64,000 bases of DNA from NCBI GenBank assembly GCA_965644495.1, contig CBFFSA010000009.1, positions 310,001-374,000 of the forward strand, written 5' to 3'. How positions within the stretch are numbered: position 1 is the stretch's first letter; every line of letters starts with the position of its first letter. Both the position numbers and the translations under genes were made by a program. The notes below the pieces were generated by a model. It saw only the letters and a list, made by a program, of their open reading frames with translations, was not told the origin of the DNA and ran no database searches. This document shows positions 34,275 through 45,900 of this stretch, in pieces. The DNA comes from Perkinsela sp. CCAP 1560/9 (Eukaryota > Protista > Euglenozoa: Kinetoplastea).

Positions 34275-35051
34275 CTAAAAATACGACTTGCAAACAATTT
34301 TTGTATTGTCGTACACGAACTGGGTTGGAATTGCAGCCATGTTACCCTTTTCAATGGTTCCTCCGAGGTCATGGTTGTATTGTAGCGTTAGTATACGCAA
34401 CGACGGAGGGAGGAAGTTAAATTGGAGCACGCCAGAAAACTGATTTTCATCAAGTCGAAGGTGACGCAGATTTGTAGGAAGGTTTCCCAAATCAGGCGTA
34501 CCCAAGAAAGCGTTGCTATTTAAGAGAAGATCAAGCATTCCACGCGGCATGGATGCCAAATCGACAGGACCGATAAAGTAATTCCTCGTCAAAATTAGTT
34601 GACACAAACTACGTGGCAATGTGCTCATCTCTATTTCACCTTCAAACTTATTCTCTCGCAGGTCTAACGTCACAAGCCCAGGAGGAAGGTGCTCAAACAT
34701 GAGGACACCTGAAAATTTATTTTCACTCAGATTCAGTGACTGAAGCGTAGAGGGAATTTGTTCAAACGAGACCGTACCAGAGAGCGCATTATTCGTTACA
34801 TCGAATTGAGTGGTCGTAGGAGGAAGAAATGCCCAGTTTAAGGTGCCGCGTAGATCGCGGTGATCCCAACGAATTGAGTTGACTTTATTAGGAGGCACAG
34901 ATCCAATGCCACTCCAGTAGCGTGCCTGATTGGACTCAGCCCAGCTAGATAACCGATTTTCAACTTTTTCGACTAATCGGCTTAAATGATATTCATGGGG
35001 GAAGCTCGCTTTGCTTACTTTGCCAACTCGAGATTGGGTTGTTGTGTTCAT
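34275..35051 (-). CDS. LRR-only protein
   Basis: RVGKVSKASFPHEYHL, cap cysteines lost, and about seven LRRs. Confidence 0.88.
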   Translation of the reverse strand: MNTTTQSRVGKVSKASFPHEYHLSRLVEKVENRLSSWAESNQARYWSGIGSVPPNKVNSIRWDHRDLRGTLNWAFLPPTTTQFDVTNNALSGTVSFEQIPSTLQSLNLSENKFSGVLMFEHLPPGLVTLDLRENKFEGEIEMSTLPRSLCQLILTRNYFIGPVDLASMPRGMLDLLLNSNAFLGTPDLGNLPTNLRHLRLDENQFSGVLQFNFLPPSLRILTLQYNHDLGGTIEKGNMAAIPTQFVYDNTKIVCKSYF

Positions 35052-35463
35052 TTCGAAGGAGCTGAAAATTTGTGAATGTTGACAGATAATTCCTTACGTG
35101 TATTGTACGAATGATATGGTCATAACAAGTCATCATTTAAAAACTTCCATTCGATCGATTAAAAAGCAGACAAGTTCATTTTCTCTATCTACATATTAAA
35201 GTTTGAGTCTTTGCAATCTGTCTAGGTCTTTTGGTAATACAAGTTTGTCCTTTTCAAGAAAGTTACAAGTGTGTCTATTTGGCTAAACGAAGTAAATCAT
35301 CGGTTCTAGGAAACGACTATACTAACGTATTGAATATGTTATAGTCGGAATAATATTTCCTCTGAAACCTACCTCTGAACCCGCAAACTTGCCGCAAAGA
35401 AGGAAAATTATTCGCCCAAGGACGAATGTTGCTAAGATTTTTTTGAAAACGCAAAGAGACATG

Positions 35464-35580
35464 CAGGGGTGTGGGTCTAAATGTGTGGGTCTAAAAGTTG
35501 TCCAAGTTTGCAAAATAGTGCCGCACCGGAGAGCTCTCACAGAGCAGTATGTTTTAGGCGCATTAAGATCCTGTGATTTG
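35464..35580 (+). mobile_element. Degenerate left end of the Tc1-like element
   Basis: Similar to 11067-11192. Confidence 0.75.
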
Positions 35581-36956
35581 TGATCTTGTGATTGTGAGCA
35601 AGCCTCTGCATTGTCGTGCCCACTGACGAAGTCGATGGTGCTCGATTTGATCCGACATAAAACAAGATGATCTTCTAAACTTATATCTACTTTAGGAGAC
35701 ACCTATCAACGCTTCAAAAAAAACACTATGGATGTGTGTGGCGGAGATGGGGTCGAATGCAGTACCTCGCGATCAGTGAAGCAGATTTTCGAATATCTCA
35801 GCGTGTAATCGCTTCGCTTTCTTCGGTGAGGAAACTGCGATGTTTGTCAATGGAGAAGTTCAAGGCTACACTATTCCTCCTATTGGTTGCCCGCAGCCCA
35901 AAGTCGTGGATAACAATCCAAAGGAAACAGTTACAGCTTTTCTTGCAGGTGTGGCGACGCAGTCCAAAAGCAAGTAATGGTCATGAGGGCAATCCTAATT
36001 TAATAGGCTATTAAATTAGGACACTATTATAGTGTCCTACGAGAAAGGTGATATCCCGTTGCCGAAGTATGGGGTGCTGTACACAAAAATCCAAGTCATC
36101 AAACAAATTCCAATAGTGCCTGGCAAAATCGATGACACTTCCGAATTTGAATTCTCCGAAGAGGCAGCAGATTTATTTACTGGAAGGGGGTTCTTCCCCT
36201 TCTTATGCCTTCCCCCCTTAATATGCAGAAACCTCAAAAACGTGTGCGTATTAAAGGGGGGTGACAGTATAGTTTATCTTTTCTACAATACAACTACAAT
36301 GGTGGTTAATGCAGAGAATAAGGAAAAATCTATCGACGAATGCGATCGAATTGTTGATTCGATGGTTGGGGGAAGCGCATCTACAAACTCTGCAGCAAAT
36401 CGATACCATATCAACATTCTCCACGCTAGGGTACAGCGATCATGGAAACATTAGAGCGCCATCCGTGGCTTACAGGTTCACCTCCTCTACCGAAGATGAG
36501 GCAAGTTGGCTCTGCCAAGACGCGAGATTCAGAACTCTGCTCCCCTACGGGGTCTTCCAGGTGTTCGAAACGCTGTATTTTAAGAAAATTCGAGAACGCC
36601 AAGAAAGTGAAGCGAAGGGCATATCGGGTAGGATCATTCGATTTCTTGAAATTGAATGTTGGGCTATGATGTTTTGGTCAGAATATGCCATTCGTACGAC
36701 AAACATTGAGTCTCCCTACGAAAAACGAAATCGGGCACCGCTTCGTGGCGCTTCCTGGTCAGGTCGTCGTCAAAAAGGACAAATAAGCAGGGGAGTTAGG
36801 GTTAAGACAATGAAGTAGGGGGGCACATTACTTATCCACTATGTACAACCTCGATATCTACAAAAAAGCAATAGAACCCGAACTGCCTTTGTTTTTATTA
36901 CCCCATAAAGTCATGCGGTTCTCATTCCAAAAACTAAACCCCCTGGACAAATAAAT

Positions 36957-37922
36957 CTATTTCGACCTCTGTATACGATACTTGGCAAAATTAATCTTCG
37001 CTCCTAGCCACAGACCATTCGGCAAACCAGGACGTTCGCTTTTAGGACCCCAATCAGTCACTTCGTTCTCATCTAAGTTAATCCCATAATGACCTCTATC
37101 AAAGTATCTTGCTAAAATTTTGTGTCCAAGTATTGGGGATAAGTCAAGATACCCAGAAAACGAATTACCGAAAAGCCCAATGTACTCCATAGAAGCAGGA
37201 AGCGCTGTGGGGAATACTACTGGGCCTTCCATGTTATTCGAAGCAAGGTTTAAATAGACTAAATTCTGGGGCAACGCACCTAAGTCCAGCAGTCCAGTAA
37301 ACTGGTTTAAGGCCAAGTCGAGCGTTCGTAATCCCGGGGGTAACGCCGTAAGTTGAACAGATCCTGTAAATTTGTTACCCCGCAAACCCAATAATCCGAG
37401 GTTGTGCGGTAGAGTGGCCAAATCAGCCTCCCCAAAAAACTTGCTGTGATTGAGCTTGAAGTTTTTGAGCGTAAGCGGAAGATGAATGAAACTTACCGTC
37501 CCGGATAAACGAGTTTGAAATATTTGAAACCGATTTAGGCAATGAGGGAGGTGATCGAGAGGCAAGTCCCCTTGTAATTGTAAGTAAGTAAGTAACACCA
37601 ATGTGGTTAGTTTGCGGGGGAGGTGACTCCAACTTAAATTACCTTCAAGAATGGGACTATTCGCGTGGCCAATAATGCTGATAATATTCTGCTCTTTATC
37701 ACAGGTAATGCCTCTCCATGTACAGGGGGACACCTTTTTAAATCCGCTAAAAAATCGCCGTTTGTGTGTGATCCATGTATGGTCACGAACTGTTGCTCCT
37801 CTCAAGAACTCTTCAAGTTCATTTTCCTGAGGTATTAACTCACGACTTACTTTTCCGCGTCGAAGGTCTGACCCATCGTCAGCTGCAATGAGACAACGAA
37901 GCTCAGTTTTCAGATGCTTCAT
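36957..37922 (-). CDS. LRR-only protein
   Basis: RRGKVSRELIPQENEL, SPCTWRGITC and about seven LRRs. Confidence 0.88.
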   Translation of the reverse strand: MKHLKTELRCLIAADDGSDLRRGKVSRELIPQENELEEFLRGATVRDHTWITHKRRFFSGFKKVSPCTWRGITCDKEQNIISIIGHANSPILEGNLSWSHLPRKLTTLVLLTYLQLQGDLPLDHLPHCLNRFQIFQTRLSGTVSFIHLPLTLKNFKLNHSKFFGEADLATLPHNLGLLGLRGNKFTGSVQLTALPPGLRTLDLALNQFTGLLDLGALPQNLVYLNLASNNMEGPVVFPTALPASMEYIGLFGNSFSGYLDLSPILGHKILARYFDRGHYGINLDENEVTDWGPKSERPGLPNGLWLGAKINFAKYRIQRSK

Positions 37923-38657
37923 GAGTGCAATGATAACACGAAAATTAAGAATGTGACACAAGAGACATTGTTATGTTAACAACAGTGCTAGGATACAGTA
38001 GTACCACTAATGATCCCTCTGGTTTATTTCCTTTAAATTTTCTGTTGTTGATACATTTCTTACACCTCATTCTACAAAGCAAATATATTGACCGAAACGC
38101 ATTTTTACCCTCTAAGGCTAAAAAAACTGACGCACCATCAATTAAAAAGCAGACAAATTCTTTTAAGTGTGAGTCGTTGTAATCTTTCTACGTATTTTGA
38201 CAATATACAGTAGTTGTAAGTTTGTCCATTTCAAGAAAGAATACAAATCATCGGTTCTAGGAAACGTTCACCGACTTTACTAACAAATGAAACGTTCAGT
38301 CGAAAGGTGGTGAATGTGTGCTACATCAAAAACTCTCAGACCATAATAACAAAGCTTTATACATCATGAAGATGGAATAGTTTAACGAACACCGTTGACT
38401 TACTATTTAAGAGCGACTAACTGCTCCCCCACTCGGCTTGAGAGTCCATCCATTTTGGATTATAATTTCTAACTAGAAGAAAATTTAAACGTAAAAGTAC
38501 GCACTTTAATTCACTTTACGTTAATAAGAGTTCATATAGAACACATAAACTAGAGGCTGTGGTTTGGATTTCTCTTGCGCCAGGGTAAACAATATAGTTC
38601 CGCCGGAGTGGTTGAGATTTAGTTTAATTTAAGCACCGTATATTGGGTTAAAGTATA

Positions 38658-38969
38658 CCTTATACCCCCCCCAGTAGGGTACCCCCCCGTAAGAGAGATT
38701 TGGCCCTTTTTGGGCTGACCCCCAGTAAAAGTCATTTGGCTCTGGAGCCCCACAGGAGGCGTATAGAGGGTAGGGGTGTGGATGTCTGCATGTTGGGGGC
38801 CCCCGGGGTAACTCAAATAAGCGTTTTAATACGTTTTAACAAGAAAAAATAGAAAAAAATAGTCAAAGTTGGGATAAAAGAGGAAAATGGCCGAAAAAGC
38901 ATACCCCCCCAGTAAGAGAGTTTTGGCCATTTAGTCCCAAAACCCATTCTCTTACTGGGGGGTATACGG
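38658..38969. mobile_element. MITE (CCGTATACCCCCC-type TIR, TA TSD)
   Basis: CCTTATACCCCCCCCAGTAG ... CTTACTGGGGGGTATACGG, with TA on both sides. Relatives at ~51740-52000 and ~7585-7850. Confidence 0.75.
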
Positions 38970-39134
38970 TAATGAGGTTACGAATTATGGGTTAACCCTT
39001 GCAAAGAATCCGTAAAGCTTTGGACAATGAATACTGACTTAAAAAGAAACGGATCCTCCTTGTAAACGGACCCTACTTTAGACTGTACGAACGCCTATAT
39101 AGGTGGGTCGCATACAGCGTGACACGTACATAAA

Positions 39135-39198
39135 GGAAGAAGGAAGAAGGAAGAAGGGAGAAGGAAGAAGGGAGAAGGAAGAAGGGAGAAGGAAGAAG
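39135..39198. repeat. Purine 7-mer microsatellite (GAAGAAG/GGAGAAG)n
   Basis: Directly visible. Confidence 0.9.
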
Positions 39199-39223
39199 CG
39201 TCCCTGTACCATTACCCTAAAGT

Positions 39224-39892
39224 TTAGGGCCTAAAGGTACCGTTAGAGCAGTTCACACCCTTCATCCAAAGAAATTGTTGATCATTTGGAAGTCGCAGAG
39301 ATGATGCTCCGTGTAGAATATTGCTCATAATATTGCTCATACATAGCCGTGATATAGATTGTGGAAAATCTTCAAGGTGCAAAACTCTTTCGAAGCAGTT
39401 CGCATGTAGATATAATGTCTTTATATTTTTGGGAAGCTCCGCAAAATCTAATATGCCTGAAAACATGTTCACCGAGATATCTAGATATTCGAGTTTAGTC
39501 GGCAATACCTCTAATGGAACTTCACCGAAAAGGTCATAATTTACGTAGAGCTCCAAGGCAATAAGCGTAGAGGGCAAATACTCCCACCGTGGAATTCCTC
39601 GTAGATTAAAAGCTCTAGAAAAATTTGGAATCAAAGCTTGGGTTAATGTTAAGCGTTGCTGTGCCGATGCCATATTACGCCACTCGATACCGACCACATT
39701 GCCTTTATGATCACATCTCACTCCAAACCATTTACACGCGGGTGTCGATGTGCTATTGAAAATGTCACTCTGTGGGAGATCAACATTTTGAAGAATCTGA
39801 ACTAACGAATACTCGGGTGGGAGAAGCGCATTTAAACGTCCGAGACGAGTCGATGTACTGTCGGAGTTGCGCACAGAGATGAGAATATTCAT
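39224..39892 (-). CDS. LRR-only protein (RLGR subfamily; C-terminus lacks CAAX)
   Basis: RLGRLNALLPPEYSL, TPACKWFGVRC, LRGIPRWEYLP and 4 LRRs. Confidence 0.8.
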   Translation of the reverse strand: MNILISVRNSDSTSTRLGRLNALLPPEYSLVQILQNVDLPQSDIFNSTSTPACKWFGVRCDHKGNVVGIEWRNMASAQQRLTLTQALIPNFSRAFNLRGIPRWEYLPSTLIALELYVNYDLFGEVPLEVLPTKLEYLDISVNMFSGILDFAELPKNIKTLYLHANCFERVLHLEDFPQSISRLCMSNIMSNILHGASSLRLPNDQQFLWMKGVNCSNGTFRP

Positions 39893-40349
39893 TGTATTGG
39901 GAAAATGAGTATAAGGGATGTTGCAGAGCAAAAAATGCTTTGAGAGAAACAAATATGAAGAAAAATGGACGAGAAGATTCGAATTTGTCTTTTCGAATTC
40001 TAAAGGAATGGGACTGAGTCCACGAATATTGGACCGTTCGTGGCTAAATATGACATTGAACACATAAACAACATCCAGTTCAAATTACTCCATGAATCCA
40101 CTGTACACCCTTGTTACTGAAATAAGCCCGTTTCTGTTGCATAACGAGGCGGAATGGTAAAAATAGAAGGAAAAAATCGATTAAACTGAATTTTAATAAT
40201 AAATTTAATAATATACATAATTTGATTATGTAATTTAATATATAGTTTATATTATTTTAATTGAATAAAATTTCAAGTTCCAAAGACAATGTTTTTGTAC
40301 AAAATAAACAAAAATAAAAACACGGGAAACGCAAAATATCAGATGGCAC

Positions 40350-40446
40350 GTATCTCTGCTAGAGCTCTCGAATGCGGTGTTACTTTCCAAAATTGGACGA
40401 TTTATACGAATTTTGCTCCCCCCCACCTTTTTGTGCCACCCCCTGT
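40350..40446. mobile_element. Terminal fragment of a related Tc1-like family
   Basis: TTCCAAAATTGGAC..ACGAATTTTG..CCCCCTG followed by TA resembles TIR 12571-12679. Confidence 0.6.
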
Positions 40447-40473
40447 AGTACTGGAGCGATAGAAACCTTATGT

Positions 40474-41073
40474 TCAATTCTGAACCCAATCAGCCGGAAT
40501 GCCCCACCAAGAAGATTTAGGTTGAATGCCATTCGGAATCGATCCTTGGAGATTCGTATTTCCCGTTATATCAAATCCAGTAATCTTTGAATCCTTCATG
40601 AATGAAAGATCAACAAAACCAGTAAACTGATTTGCACCGATGTTCAGAGTTCGCATGGTAGGTGGCAGGTCGTCAAGTTGAAGCTCACCTGTAAACATGT
40701 TCTCTTGGAGCCACATTCTTTCAAGTCCAGGAGGAAGCGACGCAAAAATTACGCTCCCGCTCAATTGGTTGTCGCTTAGGTCGATTGATGTTACAGAACG
40801 TGGTATCGAACTCCAATGCAATATACCTGACAGTCCTCGAGTTTTCCAAGCAATGCGACTAACTTTACCCTCCTCACTACATGTCACACCATTCCACTCA
40901 CATGCTGGTGTAGTCGTGTTCCACGACTCGTGTACATTTTGAACATCACTAATAAACTTTGTAAGTTCATATTCCGGAGGGAGAAACATGCCCCTGACCT
41001 TACCTGCACGCGTTGTACCCTTCGGAGAATCTGCGGCTCTGCAAATGAAGTGTACCAGAAAACTATTACTCAT
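40474..41073 (-). CDS. LRR-only protein
   Basis: RAGKVRGMFLPPEYEL, SWNTTTPACEWNGVTC and 3-4 LRRs. Confidence 0.87.
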   Translation of the reverse strand: MSNSFLVHFICRAADSPKGTTRAGKVRGMFLPPEYELTKFISDVQNVHESWNTTTPACEWNGVTCSEEGKVSRIAWKTRGLSGILHWSSIPRSVTSIDLSDNQLSGSVIFASLPPGLERMWLQENMFTGELQLDDLPPTMRTLNIGANQFTGFVDLSFMKDSKITGFDITGNTNLQGSIPNGIQPKSSWWGIPADWVQN

Positions 41074-41350
41074 AGCCTGTTTATTTAGAAAGTGAAAATT
41101 CGGACAGCGCCCAATGAAAGTACTTTCGTTTTGTGACAAAATGTTATTATTCTTATACTGAACATTTATGTTCCATAAATGGACTGTCATAGGGAAATCC
41201 ATGCCTAAATACGTTGAAAAACTATCATACAAAAAATCGTAAAACAACATACATACAGTTTTATGTTTGTTTCTGATCACCCCTATTTTTTACATACATG
41301 TATGTATATACATAATGATAGTAAAAATATTATTTTTGTGTAAAAACAAA

Positions 41351-42360
41351 TTAGCACAGCAACAAATTAGCACAGCTCCACTCTTTTACCGCGGAGGATA
41401 GTATCGCGGCGTTGCCTTTTTTAACAGCAACATTAATGGCTTGTAGTGCATGACGCAGGAAACTTTTCCTGTCATGAGTGTACCTTGCGATCTCCTTTAG
41501 GAGGAGTACGGCGCGCTTCCCTGCCACACCAAAAACGGTAAATGCAAGGGGGTAGAAATGCATACCCCTTTTCGTCGCCACGTCACTGTGCGCTTTTCCT
41601 TTTAAGCTTTCCACCCTTTCTAGAGCGTTGCCAGGCGCTACCCATTCGGCCTTAACATATGAAGGGGCGAGGGGGTTAACGACGGTCACGTCCACCAGAC
41701 ATATCTTCCCTCCCAGCATAAAGCAGACGTCGGGGCCCTGACCAGCAGAGAATCGGGGTTCATGATTGTCAGGAGTGAATCCGTACTGTCGTAGCAAGTG
41801 CACGAAGGCATTCTTAACACGTTTGTGGCGAGTGGCCGCAGTGTCGCCTTTGACTTTATTGCAGTCGAGGGCGTGCACAACAAAATCTTTGTTTGAGAGG
41901 ATGTCTCCGCACTCACATTGTGCGAAAGGGTCCGAAGTAGGTGCTATCAAGTATCGCATACGCATGGCTGTTTGCCATTCTGCGTCGCGCATGAAGTACT
42001 CACCCCGATTCCTACGCGCCTCTGTCCAATTGCGCGTTCTCTTGTCCATCAACTGAAGTGAATGGACGTGATGTAGTTCGCTGGTTTCTCTTCGCACTGC
42101 TGACTTCGACTCTTCATATCTTGTCAAGGCAGAACGTCGTCTTTCCATACACCCTAATACCTCAGCTTTTGTGCGAGAATACAGAGTTGCTGCTTGCTGC
42201 GCAAAAGGTTTCGCCCCCAAAAGGTCGCCCGTCATGAGAGTACTGTGAAACGGGTTCTTTTCCAGGTCTTCGAAGCCTCCTAGCAGCTCTGAGGCACACT
42301 CCTGTATGGCCTTGTCCGCTAACACGTTGGCTCATGACACCGCATTAGGTAGTCCCACCG
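41351..42360 (-). mobile_element. 5'-truncated CRE-like retrotransposon (zinc knuckle + RLE)
   Basis: CECG..HALDC..RH, EP...GPD...DVTV, K..H and FYPLAF..FG motifs. Homologous to the 3' part of ORF 9607..10569. Confidence 0.8.
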
Positions 42361-42713
42361 GAGGTGTACAATGCACAAGGATTTTAAATTGTACAAGGAT
42401 TTCAAATAAGTGCTCGTAGAAAAAAAAATATTCAAAAGAAAAGCGAGGATCGAACTTACGGACTACGTGAACGCCGTGAGGGAGATAATACCTCTCAACG
42501 AAAAGTAATGACGTGTAAGTGTGGGGGATACAGAATATGCACAATTCAAATTACTACCACAAAGCTTACATGACTATTGTACCCACAAACGATTTCTCAT
42601 ACAGGACATACACATACTGTATGTTCTCGAGTGAAACGAACAACGGATTGGAAATTATTGAGTCAGAAAACGGTGGGAATCAAAAACAGGATCCGACAAG
42701 AAAACAATTCATC

Positions 42714-42997
42714 TTACATAATGAAACAACCTCCACGCCTTTCTGTGTCAGATTTGATTTTCGTGTCCCTAATACACAAGGAGCGAGTCCCTACTACAAC
42801 GCCGCGCGGCAGTGTATTCGTGTTATATGTTCCTCGTAGGTTGACATTGTGATGTAAAAAAAGCTCGTGGATGCCGCACGGAAGATGCTCAAAGTGTAAA
42901 GCCAGTTGAAAGTCATTCCAAGAAAAACTCATGTGAGTCAAGGATCTGGGCATCTCTATGAAATCCAAGGTTCCTGAAAACGCGTTGAAAGCCATAT
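42714..42997 (-). pseudogene. 3' part of the LRR gene split by retrotransposon copy 2 (ends GCFIM, CAAX)
   Basis: MAFNAFSGTLDF...ERRGGCFIM is collinear with paralog 50014..50673. Confidence 0.9.
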
Positions 42998-45900
42998 ATA
43001 TGTTATCATGTAGAAAATATTCTACAGAGATTAGACGGTGAATATGGGAGTTCCATATTACGCGCACAAAACGCGTTGAAATCACCTGACAGTCAGCGAC
43101 TCATTCCTCAGAACTAACCTCCATCCACTGTTTGTTCTCGCGGTGCTGGAAAATTATGAAACTTCCCCGAAGAGCGCTAGTCGTCATATTTGGGCGACAC
43201 ACTGCAACCGCTTCTTCATTTCCCATGAAGAGAGAGTTGAGCGTTCGGGCCGACATATGCAGTTTGCCTCTCGCTCCCACCTCGAAGACGAATAGGAATG
43301 TGGTAGGACGGTCGAGTTTTCTAGAGTGATATAAACTCGTGTACTTTTCTATTTTGCGCTCGTGCGCGAACTCAAAGTTCTCCTCCCAAGGGCAGGTAAG
43401 TTCTATAATGTATTCTTCTCCGTTAGATAGTTTCACCCATCCGTCAGGACGTAGCTCAGTATCAAGGTTCGTGAGCCACGCGGGGGTGGAGCGGAAGTGG
43501 GGGAGATCGAAGTGACATTGACTAGTGGAGGAGAATCGTTGTACGGAGTTCGCTAATGCCTGTAGTACCATGTTATGCCGCAGGGCATACCTCCCTTGTC
43601 CGAGTGATTTCCTACAACCAGATAGAATATGCCGCGTAGTTTGTGTCTCGGTGTCACAGATGGGACATTTATCGCTCGCATGTGTCGATACGCCCCACCT
43701 ACGAAGAGACCCCCTGGTTGGGAGCGGCGTCTCGGTAAGCACTGAGGATGTGAACCGCGAAAGTGATTCACTCTTAAGGTTGCATAGGGCGGCGGCGAAG
43801 TCTCTCGCAAGGTCTGCTTCCGTTGCGATTCTGAACCATCGTCCTGCTACGGCAGTACGCCGTTGGACGGCTTCCGTGAGGTGTCGCTCGTATTCGCTTC
43901 CAAGGAGTCTTCGGACGTTACTATGGCTTGTACTGTGCATATCCGTCGGCGGGCGAATGTATCCTGCTCTCCTTTTGTTCGCTTCTCGCCTGATGCGCTC
44001 ACATAAAGCGTGCTGGACCTCGGGATCACGCGATTTATCCATTTGTTCCATTGTCCCCACAGTGGAAAGAAGCCAAAGTTTTGACAGACTCATGAGATTC
44101 CAGCCATGCTCTGAATAGAACAGCTCACTAGTTGCTGATTTCGCTACGTTTAACCATTTCCGAATTTCGCGTGTGGGGCATCGCTGTAGCCGAAGTACGT
44201 GATTGAAGGTAAGGCATGAGTTCACGACGAAGGAATACCGCAGACGAGAGATGATTCCGTTATTGTATATCCACAGGCGCGCGGGAAGATCATGTGCGCT
44301 GGAAGATATATTACGCAACCAGGCTCGCAGACGGGTTCGTAGTTTTAAAAAGAGTGTCTTGCCTTGTTGAGCACCGGGTGCGAGCGTCATGCCTAAAAAT
44401 ATGCTACCATTATCACATATGTGTGGGATAGGTGACGTGCCGATCATGATCTGTGGTCGGCGTGTCATATATCCAGAGTCTTGCGTCATCGCCATGTGTT
44501 GCAGCCGGCATTTTTTCACGTTTAGTTTCATCCCAATATCGCTTAGAACTTTGACGAGTGCGTTTGTAGCATTCTGCATTTCCTGGGGGGTATTTGTCAG
44601 AATAGTGAGGTCATCTGCGAAGGCTTTTAGAAAAATTTCTTTCGCATTCCACGTGATCCCGTATTCGGGGCAACTTGAACGGACAAAACGCAGAACTAGC
44701 TCCATCGCCAAGTTGAATAAAATAGGCGAAAGCGTATCTCCCTGCAATACACCACGACCTATCTCAATAGACTTCGTGAGTCCTTCTGCACATTTAATTT
44801 GTATAGACGCTCGTTCGTACAGCGCTTTGATGTAGTTAATGAGGATCGGTGAGACGCGCGCCCATTTTAAGGCCTGAAATAAAATTGTATGGGGTATGGA
44901 TCCAAACGCGTTTTTGATATCAAACTGGGCAAGCACGTATTGCCTTTTGTGGCGCCGCTGGTGCTCGAGGAGCTCGCAAAGAACCTGGGTGTGCTTAACT
45001 GTCCCATTCATATGCGGCAAGAAGCCTTTTTGTATTGTTGTATCCAGGGCATTGGAATCCAGGGAATGCTGAAGGATACGGTGACTGAGGATTGAGTGGA
45101 AAAGCTTCCCAATGCAGCTAGTCAAGCTTATCGGCCGCCAGTTTTCCATACTTGAGGTGGGGCCCCCTTTGTGGATAAGTCGAGTGACCGCAGTTTTCCA
45201 GGTTGGAGGGCATACACCAAATTTTAGGACATCATTAAACACCTGTGCCATGTGAGTAAAGAGAGGGGCGCAGCGCTTTAGCAGCGCGTTCGATACAGTG
45301 TCCGAGCCTGGGGCAGCCTCAGAGCGTTTGGATGCGACGGCTGCTGGGATCATGTCTGAGTCAATATCTGACCATTGCATCTCATCAAGGGGAATGGGTT
45401 TCGTAAATTCTGCGGGAGGAATCTTGTGTATCTCTTCTGGTCTAGACATTGAGCCCACAAAGAATCTTTCAACCTCCTGTACAGGAACTGTAGGGTAGGA
45501 CGTCTCAGTTTCTGAGGTAGATGGGTCGACGCGATCTAAGCATTCGCGCGCGGCTGTCCAGGGATTTCGCTGGAATCGCGTAAGAGCCCACCGTCGACCG
45601 ATTTCTTTCCTCTGCATACTGGATTCTTCCATGTACTGTTTTAGTGCCTTTTCGGCTTCCTTTATTTCCCCTCGTTGCTTGTTTCTCGCAGGACCCTTCA
45701 TGAACGTTAACGCACGTTTAAGTTGTCGAACGTGTTGACTGAGTACTTTCACTGTGCGTTCAATGGCTAAGGGTCGTGAGTTTCTTCGGGATCTGCCAGT
45801 TCTGGTCCGTATAAGAAAGCCGTGCGTCGGATCATTTTCCCGTGCGGCCTCGAATGCAGTTACAGCGAGGATTGCTGAGAGTATTTCAGCCTGCGACAGG

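Noticed and set aside
17856-41280. Signal peptides or TM segments in the long N-terminal extensions given by the ORF track for several LRR genes
   Set aside because: The extensions mostly start at TTG/GTG, are not conserved, and translate T-rich upstream tracts. Family alignment supports the downstream ATGs.
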